Assembly (NCBI GenBank): GCA_017475605.1 | Contig: JAFVFD010000002.1 | Coordinates: 199,432-231,431, forward strand | Source: Alphaproteobacteria bacterium | GTDB taxonomy: Bacteria > Pseudomonadota > Alphaproteobacteria > Rs-D84 | Direction of reading: 5' to 3' | DNA length: 32,000 nt | In this document: positions 1 to 6,710 of the stretch, piece after piece | How positions within the stretch are numbered: the stretch's first letter is position 1 | Layout: the number at the start of each line of letters is the position of its first letter | Translations under genes and position numbers: made by a program | Notes under the pieces: model-generated | The model's database searches: none | What the model saw: only the letters and a program-made list of their open reading frames with translations | Told to the model about the DNA's origin: nothing

Positions 1-332
1 TTGATAACAAAAGGAAACACAGAATCCGAACTGTTCACATTATGGAAAAAGTCATTTGCCGCATCTACCAATAATTCTAAATCTCGACAGGCCGAATTAT
101 CACGCCAATAATCAACTGCCTGTAAAAAGCGAACATTATTTTCCAATTCTGTATACAGTGGCTGCGTATTTGGGTTTTTATAGTTTTCCTTGAACTTCAA
201 TAATCTGCAAACCAACCTAAAATCACGTTCGGCATTATATTGTTTCAGAATGTTTACAATACCACTTGGTAAAATATTATTTGAATAAACAAAATCTAAA
301 AAAACGCCGCAAATTTCACGAACATCTGACAT
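1..332 (-). CDS. hypothetical protein, N-terminal 110 codons (gene continues beyond the window start)
   Basis: Absent from the ORF track because it runs off the edge. ATG at 332-330 is preceded by AAGGGGA (complement of 337-343). I read the frame by hand and found no in-frame stop down to nt 3. Translation begins MSDVREICGVFLDFVYSNNILPSG. No family recognised. Confidence 0.55.
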   Translation of the reverse strand, partial: MSDVREICGVFLDFVYSNNILPSGIVNILKQYNAERDFRLVCRLLKFKENYKNPNTQPLYTELENNVRFLQAVDYWRDNSACRDLELLVDAANDFFHNVNSSDSVFPFVI

Positions 333-375
333 TTTATCCCCTTGGTTTCTATATATTCTAATAACTACCACATTT

Positions 376-1461
376 ATGCGGCTTATATCAAGTTTTTTTA
401 CTTGTATGAATATGCACAAAAGTTTTAATATGAATTACATGGCAAGGGGAATATTCATTTTTATTGCGCTGGTCTTGGCGACCGTTGGTGCCGATGCTGC
501 ATCGGTTCGTGGCGTATCAACCGCCACACGTAATGGGCGCGCAACCGCCACATCCCAGACCGCCAACCCGGCCAGTGGTTATACATATAATTACATGTAC
601 CCCTATTTGAACAATCAGATGCGCACCGCGCTTAACCCCGGGGTTACAACATCGCAATCGACCAGCCCCATAAACGCCGTCGTTCGTACCGAACAATTGT
701 CATCGCCACGTCGTGTGGTTGCACGCAGTGCCAAGAAAGGCACCACAACAAATACCACCGCACCGGCCCAGGTCGCACGTCGTGTGGTTGCGCGTCCGAA
801 TACGGCGCGGGTTGCCACAAATAATGACGATGTATACCGCCCAACAAATATTCGCGACAATACGCAATATCGTGATGATGCGGTTACAACCGACGCACCG
901 CGCGGCAGGCTAAACGAATCCCAACGAAATGCCGCCGCACTGACCCCGTACCCTGAAACCCGGGTTGTGTCGTCTGCGCGATGCCTGGCCGATTATACCG
1001 AATGTATGGATTCATATTGTGTCCGCGAAGATACCGCATACAATCGCTGTTTTTGCAGTGCGAAATTGGCGCAAATTGATGCGACATATCAGCCGGCGAT
1101 TGAATCGTTGGTTAATCAAATTGTATCGTTGAAATATGGCTCGTCATCTTGGTCGGATGCGGAAATGAATGAATATTGGATGAATACTATTGGTAAATAT
1201 ACGGGCGACAATTCATGGCAAAAACTGGACGATTTGTTGAACATAGATTGGTCAACAATGGAAAATCGTACCCGCGGGCAAAATGCCTTTGCAACTGGGC
1301 ATGAATATTGTGTTCAACATATCCAGGGATGTTTTTATATGGCATCTAACCTGCGCGATGCCTACCGGTCCAGGATAAGCACCGATTGTGCCACATATGA
1401 ATCTTCACTACAAAAATTGAAAAACGCCGCAGAAAGCGTGATAGAGGCTTACCAGGAATGA
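376..1461 (+). CDS. secreted hypothetical protein with signal peptide, Arg/Thr-rich region and Cys-rich C-terminal domain
   Basis: 361-codon ORF. The signal-peptide-like MARGIFIFIALVLATVGADAAS begins at the ATG at 439 (ATG at 430 also possible), so the true start is probably 430/439. A 19-nt direct repeat (707-725 and 776-794) encodes RRVVAR twice. There are 8 Cys in the last ~170 aa. The stop overlaps the next start (ATGA at 1458-1461). Confidence 0.6.
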   Translation: MRLISSFFTCMNMHKSFNMNYMARGIFIFIALVLATVGADAASVRGVSTATRNGRATATSQTANPASGYTYNYMYPYLNNQMRTALNPGVTTSQSTSPINAVVRTEQLSSPRRVVARSAKKGTTTNTTAPAQVARRVVARPNTARVATNNDDVYRPTNIRDNTQYRDDAVTTDAPRGRLNESQRNAAALTPYPETRVVSSARCLADYTECMDSYCVREDTAYNRCFCSAKLAQIDATYQPAIESLVNQIVSLKYGSSSWSDAEMNEYWMNTIGKYTGDNSWQKLDDLLNIDWSTMENRTRGQNAFATGHEYCVQHIQGCFYMASNLRDAYRSRISTDCATYESSLQKLKNAAESVIEAYQE

Positions 1462-2297
1462 TAACACGCTTTATGGGTATTGAATACGGACGGGCCGCAT
1501 GCGCCATCCCACGTGATGGTGGGCCGGCATTGGCACCCGCGACAATAAAACAAATGTTTCCGAACACAACCTGGACAATGGTAAGCCCCACCCCCGTTGA
1601 TATTCAAACGACACTTGCTGACAGGTTTGCCGAAAACACCCCGGTTCAAATTGATATTTACAATAATACACCACACGAACGGCATATTATGATTGGTGGC
1701 GACCATTCCGTTAATTTCGGGCATTTCGCCGCGTTGGCCGACCAACTGGGAACCGACGATTTATGTATGGTGTATGTTGATGCGCATTTGGATATTCATT
1801 CGCCAGAATCTTCCCGGGCCGAAGCATCCGGCGCGCCACATGGGTGTAATGTACGCGGCCTTATGGGCGAAGGCGATGCGCGATGGTTGGCAATTCCAAA
1901 GCGTACACCTTTATTAAAACACGAAAATATGTTTTATTTGGGGACCCGTTCTTTTGAACCAGCCGAAATAAAATATGTTCATGAAAATAATATCTTTATG
2001 CACCCGGCCGATCAATTACAGACCATGTCCGCGGTACGCGATGCGGTACGCGCGGTTCTTGATAAAATCGCGGGTCGCCCCTTTGTTTTATCATTTGATT
2101 TTGATGGTATTGATCCAAAATATTTTCGCGATGTTTGGGTACCTGAAAATAACGGTCTGGATATGGATGCCGCGACATATATGGTTAACGCATTTCGTGG
2201 TGCATACGGCATTGAATTCGTTGAATATGCACCAAATGGCGATCCGCAATCTGCGGATATCGCCCGACAATTAATACAAATTGCGATGAATCAGTAA
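1458..2297 (+). CDS. arginase/agmatinase/formimidoylglutamase-family metallohydrolase (ureohydrolase fold)
   Basis: Family motifs GGDHSV, VDAHLDIH, SFDFDGIDP and EFVEYAP are present in the expected order. Substrate cannot be assigned from sequence alone. Confidence 0.8.
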   Translation: MITRFMGIEYGRAACAIPRDGGPALAPATIKQMFPNTTWTMVSPTPVDIQTTLADRFAENTPVQIDIYNNTPHERHIMIGGDHSVNFGHFAALADQLGTDDLCMVYVDAHLDIHSPESSRAEASGAPHGCNVRGLMGEGDARWLAIPKRTPLLKHENMFYLGTRSFEPAEIKYVHENNIFMHPADQLQTMSAVRDAVRAVLDKIAGRPFVLSFDFDGIDPKYFRDVWVPENNGLDMDAATYMVNAFRGAYGIEFVEYAPNGDPQSADIARQLIQIAMNQ

Positions 2298-2300
2298 AAA

Positions 2301-2495
2301 TTATTTCAGTTCTTCGCACATTAAATTGTGCCGATAAATATTTCGCGCCAAATCATCACTTATTACATTCCAATCTGATTCGCGCCCATATATTTTTTGA
2401 CATGTGATTGGCGCACATATACTATTCGGCGATTGTGTATTTTTCGCGCAGGACGCGACGAATATCGCCAAGATTGGTATGAAAAACTTTTTCAT
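2301..2495 (-). CDS. small lipoprotein (64 aa)
   Basis: MKKFFIPILAIFVASC signal peptide with lipobox. GGAG lies 7 nt upstream of the ATG. The mature part has 4 further Cys. Confidence 0.6.
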   Translation of the reverse strand: MKKFFIPILAIFVASCAKNTQSPNSICAPITCQKIYGRESDWNVISDDLARNIYRHNLMCEELK

Positions 2496-2649
2496 TTACA
2501 TTCTCCACCATATTTGCAGTTGATATAATTTCAACGGTATTCATATTCGCAATTCGCGAATTGCATTTTAATTTTCCAACATAATTGCCAATGACAAAGG
2601 CAAAAAAAATTGCGGTACCAAACGACACCGCATAATAAATATATTTCAT
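2422..2649 (-). CDS. small single-pass membrane protein (75 aa), doubtful
   Basis: ORF 2422-2673. I prefer the ATG at 2649 (MKYIYYAVSFGTAIFFAFVIGNYV, one TM helix). The 3' end overlaps the lipoprotein gene by 74 nt out of frame, which is unusually long. Confidence 0.35.
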   Translation of the reverse strand: MKYIYYAVSFGTAIFFAFVIGNYVGKLKCNSRIANMNTVEIISTANMVENVNEKVFHTNLGDIRRVLREKYTIAE

Positions 2650-2660
2650 TTTAATCTTTC

Positions 2661-2930
2661 TTATTCTATCCACATAATCGGTTGACCGCTGTTATTATCA
2701 CGCGGCATTTTATTTGGCAAAACATACACCAAATTACCCGATTTATCGGTTGTTACACTGTCCACACCAATTGATTCAACATCTATTGATTTTGATTCAT
2801 CTGTGGGTCTACTTGTTTGGTTCACACCGGGTACGGAATCACCACGACCAAACAACACGATTGCCCCAACAACAATCAGCCCTAAAACAATCAAAGCAAT
2901 TACAATTTTCTTAATCATTGTTATCACCAT
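2661..2930 (-). CDS. small membrane-anchored protein (89 aa)
   Basis: N-terminal TM helix IKKIVIALIVLGLIVVGAIVLF followed by a polar Ser/Asp/Thr-rich segment. It lies 52 nt downstream of rho on the same strand. Confidence 0.5.
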   Translation of the reverse strand: MVITMIKKIVIALIVLGLIVVGAIVLFGRGDSVPGVNQTSRPTDESKSIDVESIGVDSVTTDKSGNLVYVLPNKMPRDNNSGQPIMWIE

Positions 2931-2939
2931 ATATGTGAT

Positions 2940-2948
2940 ATTGTATCA
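2940..2948 (-). promoter_or_regulatory. extended -10-like element TGATACAAT, inside the inverted repeat TGTGATA-N3-TATCACA
   Basis: The reverse complement of 2940-2948 reads TGATACAAT, preceded by TTTG. The hexamer ends 9 nt before the ATG at 2930. Confidence 0.3.
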
Positions 2949-2982
2949 CAAATATGGCAATAAACAACTTTTTATATAAAAA

Positions 2983-4251
2983 TTATTGATTCATGGAATT
3001 AAAGAAATCGTCGTTTGTTTTCGTCAAACGCAATTTATCCAGCAAGAATTCCATCGCTTCTAATGTGCCCATTGGATTGATGATGCGGCGCAGAACATAT
3101 GTTTTTGCCAATGTTTCTTTGCCCACCAACAAATCTTCTTTGCGGGTACCAGACTTGGTAATATCAATTGCCGGGTAAACACGTTTATCAGACAATTTTC
3201 TATCCAAAATAATTTCACTGTTACCTGTTCCTTTGAATTCTTCGAAAATAACTTCGTCCATTTTGGAACCAGTATCGACCAACGCAGTTGCGATAATGGT
3301 AAGTGAACCGCCCCCTTCGATATTACGTGCGGCACCAAAGAATCGTTTTGGACGCTGTAATGCGTACGCATCAACACCACCGGTTAAAACCTTGCCGCTG
3401 GACGGGACACATGTATTGTACGCACGACCTAAACGCGTAATAGAATCTAACAGAATCACGACATCTTGGCCGGCTTCGACCAAACGTTTTGCCTTTTCAA
3501 TTACCATTTCAGCGACCTGGATATGACGCGTTGCTGGTTCATCAAAAGTGGACGAAATAACTTCCCCTTTGACACTGCGTTGCATATCGGTAACTTCTTC
3601 GGGACGTTCGTCAATCAACAAAACGATTAATTTAACATCTGGATAGTTCGTTGCGATTGAATGCGCGATATTCTGTAACATAACAGTTTTACCTGTACGC
3701 GGTGGCGCAACGATAAGTGAACGTTGCCCCTTGCCCGTTGGGGAAATCAAATCAATAACACGCGCAGAAAGGTTGCGGCCTTTGTCCTTGTCGTCGGCAA
3801 CTTCCATTTTAAGCATTTCATCCGGATACAACGGTGTCATATCATCAAAAGAAACACGATGGCGCAGTTTTTCCGGTTCACCACCGTTTACGCGTTCAAT
3901 TGTTTCCAACGCGAAATACCGTTCAGATTCGTTTTGTGGTGCCTGAATTTGCCCCTCGATATAATCGCCGGTTTTCAAACCATATTTTTTAATAAGATTC
4001 GGCGACACATACAAATCGTCCGGCCCCGCCAGATAGTTTGATTCCGGCGCGCGCAGGAAACCAAAACCATCCTGCATGCGTTCCAAAACACCATCACCAA
4101 TTAATGTGATTTTTTTATCGGCCGCATAGACACGCATAACCGCGAAACGCAGTTGTTGTACATTTAATTGCGACGGGTTTTCAATACCCATATCTTCGGC
4201 CATTTTCAGCAATTGCTGTGGCGATTTCGCCTTTAATTCATTTATATGCAT
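2983..4251 (-). CDS. rho: transcription termination factor Rho
   Basis: 422 aa. N-terminal RNA-binding region (DGFGFLR), Walker A APPRTGKT, and [16 protein letters not shown] are all present; full-length Rho architecture. Confidence 0.97.
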   Translation of the reverse strand: MHINELKAKSPQQLLKMAEDMGIENPSQLNVQQLRFAVMRVYAADKKITLIGDGVLERMQDGFGFLRAPESNYLAGPDDLYVSPNLIKKYGLKTGDYIEGQIQAPQNESERYFALETIERVNGGEPEKLRHRVSFDDMTPLYPDEMLKMEVADDKDKGRNLSARVIDLISPTGKGQRSLIVAPPRTGKTVMLQNIAHSIATNYPDVKLIVLLIDERPEEVTDMQRSVKGEVISSTFDEPATRHIQVAEMVIEKAKRLVEAGQDVVILLDSITRLGRAYNTCVPSSGKVLTGGVDAYALQRPKRFFGAARNIEGGGSLTIIATALVDTGSKMDEVIFEEFKGTGNSEIILDRKLSDKRVYPAIDITKSGTRKEDLLVGKETLAKTYVLRRIINPMGTLEAMEFLLDKLRLTKTNDDFFNSMNQ

Positions 4252-4316
4252 AATTTTTCCTTTTGGAATACGGGTTTCCTGTGCGAACGCACCCCGCTGT
4301 TTTCTAAGACCTTTTT

Positions 4317-4345
4317 ATTATAAGGCAATTTGACAAAAAAGTCAA
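4317..4345 (-). promoter_or_regulatory. sigma70-type promoter of rho (TTGACT-N17-TATAAT)
   Basis: On the minus strand, TTGACT is at 4345-4340, the spacer is 17 nt, and TATAAT is at 4322-4317. This leaves a ~58-nt leader to the rho ATG at 4251. Confidence 0.65.
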
Positions 4346-4440
4346 GGGGTGCGAAAAACTCGCTGTTTTTTTCTTGCTTTTATTGCTTTTTTTTGCTCGA
4401 ATTATCAATATAAACAAGAACTAACCGAAAGGAAAGAATT

Positions 4441-4896
4441 ATGGCAGGCAGCATTAACAAAGTAATATTGGTTGGTAACGTGGGTCAAGACCCCCAGGTT
4501 CGCTCTATGCAGAGTGGCCAAAAAGTAGTCAGTTTTTCACTAGCGACATCGGATCGTTGGCGCGACCGCACATCCGGCGAACAGAAAGAACAGACCGAAT
4601 GGCATCGTGTTGTTATCTTTAATCCAAACTTGGTCGAAGTTGCCGAACGCATGTTACAGAAAGGAACCAAATTGTACTTGGAAGGCTCTCTGCGTACACG
4701 CAAGTGGCAAAATCAGCAAGGTGTTGACACATTCACAACAGAAGTTGTTTTGAATCCATACGCGGGTCAAATGATTATACTTGGTGGGGCCAAGGCTATG
4801 GACGGTACCGCGGGCGAATATGCCGCACAATCTGCGCCGGCACAACCACGCGAAGAAGTAACCCCATCACAAATTGATGACGATATTCCGTTTTAA
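4441..4896 (+). CDS. ssb: single-stranded DNA-binding protein
   Basis: OB-fold N-terminus (NKVILVGNVGQDP, TEWHRVVIF), a Gly/Ala/Pro/Gln-rich linker and the canonical acidic tail DDDIPF. RBS AAAGGAAAG is upstream. Confidence 0.96.
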   Translation: MAGSINKVILVGNVGQDPQVRSMQSGQKVVSFSLATSDRWRDRTSGEQKEQTEWHRVVIFNPNLVEVAERMLQKGTKLYLEGSLRTRKWQNQQGVDTFTTEVVLNPYAGQMIILGGAKAMDGTAGEYAAQSAPAQPREEVTPSQIDDDIPF

Positions 4897-4913
4897 TGGA
4901 ATAAAGATTCAAT

Positions 4914-4946
4914 AAAAAAACACCGCCCGTTTGGGCGGTGTTTTTA
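4914..4946. terminator. bidirectional intrinsic terminator between convergent ssb and carD
   Basis: A-run, CACCGCCC (4921-4928), loop GTTT, GGGCGGTG (4933-4940), then T-run. Confidence 0.85.
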
Positions 4947-4969
4947 AAAATTATTATCATTAATCAGAT

Positions 4970-5542
4970 TTAAGAATTGTCGTCGTCATCCGGTTCTTCA
5001 TCTTCGTCATCGTCTTCTTCGACGGCATTAAGGTCTATTTCCTTTGGCACACCCAAAATATCTTCGATTTTGTCGGATGCCGCTTCTAAATCAATTTTGT
5101 GTAAAACGGCAAATTCCTGGGCCATGCGTTCCAATGCACGCAAATATAATTGACGCGCGGAAAATGTCATTGTATCCGATGCACTGCGACGTTGTAAATC
5201 ACGTACAACCTCGGCCAGTTTCATGGGATCGCCCGAATTAATATTTTCTTCGTACTGCTGTGCGCGACGCGCCCAAATCATACGCTTGGCACCCGCCTTG
5301 CCCTTGGCAGACGCAATTGCTTCATCCATTTTTTTCACAGATGTCAATGGACGCAAACCGGAAATTTCCGCACGTTCAACCGGGACACGCAATGTCATGT
5401 GGTTGCGTTCAAAATCAATCACCAACATTTTGATTTTCTGATCACCGATTGTTTGTTCTTCGACACGCAGTAATTTTCCAACACCCTGGGTTGGATAAAC
5501 AACATATTGTCCAGTTTTAAAATCTAACTTCTTACTTGGCAT
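4970..5542 (-). CDS. carD: CarD/CdnL-family RNA polymerase-binding transcription factor with acidic C-terminal tail
   Basis: The N-terminal FKTGQYVVYPTQGVGKL...TLRVPV matches the CarD_CdnL_TRCF RNAP-interaction domain. The C-terminus is EEDDDEDEEPDDDDNS. Confidence 0.88.
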   Translation of the reverse strand: MPSKKLDFKTGQYVVYPTQGVGKLLRVEEQTIGDQKIKMLVIDFERNHMTLRVPVERAEISGLRPLTSVKKMDEAIASAKGKAGAKRMIWARRAQQYEENINSGDPMKLAEVVRDLQRRSASDTMTFSARQLYLRALERMAQEFAVLHKIDLEAASDKIEDILGVPKEIDLNAVEEDDDEDEEPDDDDNS

Positions 5543-5584
5543 ATAAACACCCTTTTATATGTTGCCATTCTCCCTGTCGGATAC

Positions 5585-5593
5585 ATTATATCA
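5585..5593 (-). promoter_or_regulatory. extended -10 promoter element TGATATAAT upstream of carD
   Basis: The minus strand reads TTTTTTGTGATATAAT. AAAGGG RBS and the ATG at 5542 follow about 40 nt downstream. Confidence 0.5.
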
Positions 5594-5621
5594 CAAAAAA
5601 CCCGAAAAACAAATATTTGAC

Positions 5622-5656
5622 ACAAAAAAATAATGGGGCAATTTTCCGCCCCATTA
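5622..5656 (-). terminator. intrinsic terminator after the 5676-6218 gene
   Basis: Stem AATGGGGC (5632-5639) pairs with GCCCCATT (5648-5655) around an 8-nt loop. A run of 7 U follows on the minus-strand transcript. Confidence 0.8.
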
Positions 5657-5675
5657 TTATTCAATAAAACACCCC

Positions 5676-6218
5676 CTAGCGCGTGATACGACGCATAGTG
5701 CCGGTACGACGAACACTGGATTTCATTACAGTATTTGCCCCGCCCGTAGACGATGTTACACAAACCCATTCGCCATCACGCAAAATAGCCGATTCGCCAC
5801 TTGCACATTCTGGTTTTTCCAGACGCCATGCGAAACAAGACCCCTTTTGATACGCCTTGTATGTTGAACCATCATCGGAACCACGCACATAAATCCCCAG
5901 GTCCGCATTCCATTCGCCCGCAGGTTCGCCCGCACACCATTTGCGCTCACCAAAACATTCAACCGTTTCGCGCCCATCGGTTACTTCGGACAATTTATCA
6001 ACATAGCCAGATGCCACCTTGACCCCGGAACCCATGGCCTTGTTCGTTTCCAGGTCGCGACACCATAATTTCACACATTCACGTGCATTTATGCCATCAA
6101 TCTTGTTATGCGATGCCAAAACATACCCCGCCCCACATGAAAATGACGCGGCCGCCATCGCCGGCATTACACCCGCAAACAGACACAAACCGATTATGGA
6201 ACAAAATATTTTCTTCAT
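5676..6218 (-). CDS. secreted Cys-rich hypothetical protein (180 aa)
   Basis: Signal peptide MKKIFCSIIGLCLFAGVMPAMAAAS. There are 10 Cys spread through the mature part and a basic C-terminus (RRTGTMRRITR). No family recognised. Confidence 0.6.
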   Translation of the reverse strand: MKKIFCSIIGLCLFAGVMPAMAAASFSCGAGYVLASHNKIDGINARECVKLWCRDLETNKAMGSGVKVASGYVDKLSEVTDGRETVECFGERKWCAGEPAGEWNADLGIYVRGSDDGSTYKAYQKGSCFAWRLEKPECASGESAILRDGEWVCVTSSTGGANTVMKSSVRRTGTMRRITR

Positions 6219-6276
6219 AACTTTCTCTCTTGCTTTTTATTTTACACGAAATTAACGCAAATTCCAAATGTTTTTA

Positions 6277-6708
6277 TTATTGCCCCAATCCCGCCGGTGT
6301 AAATCGACCAACATTGTTGAACAATTCCTGTAGCGCGTTAAGTTCAATTGCCGCCGGTATTTTGGTTTCACCCGCCGCCGCCCGAACATTTGGCAGGTCC
6401 GCATCCTGTAAAACCTGTATCTTTTGGACACTGTTGCCACGCACCCATGCCAGCACAACCGTTTTATCGGTAAATGTGTGCGGTAACGGTCCGCGGTAGT
6501 TTTCATCGGCACCATAATATATCCAAACCTCGTCCCCGTACATAGTCTTGGTTTGTGGGTCGCCTATTTTATCACGCAATTGCGCAGTAGTTTTTATTTC
6601 CGTAATATCGGTATCAATGGTTGATGGGAAAACATAACCACGATGTTTGGTCTGGAAGGTACACGCAGACAACACAACCAAAACTAAAACTGTTAATATT
6701 TTTTTCAT
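6277..6708 (-). CDS. bamE: outer membrane protein assembly factor BamE-like (SmpA/OmlA) lipoprotein
   Basis: Lipobox LSAC followed by HRGY. The IGDP..K...GDEVWIYY pattern is typical of BamE. The start lies 2 nt after the PFOR stop, with GAGGGG as RBS. Confidence 0.6.
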   Translation of the reverse strand: MKKILTVLVLVVLSACTFQTKHRGYVFPSTIDTDITEIKTTAQLRDKIGDPQTKTMYGDEVWIYYGADENYRGPLPHTFTDKTVVLAWVRGNSVQKIQVLQDADLPNVRAAAGETKIPAAIELNALQELFNNVGRFTPAGLGQ

Positions 6709-6710
6709 TT

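Noticed and set aside
4326-4345. Palindrome TTGAC-AAAAAA-GTCAA between rho and ssb as a possible LexA-type or other operator
   Set aside because: The right half is the -35 (TTGACT on the minus strand) of a textbook TTGACT-N17-TATAAT rho promoter. The left half is just a -35-like hexamer on the other strand with no -10 at a proper distance. There is no alphaproteobacterial GTTC-N7-GTTC SOS box.
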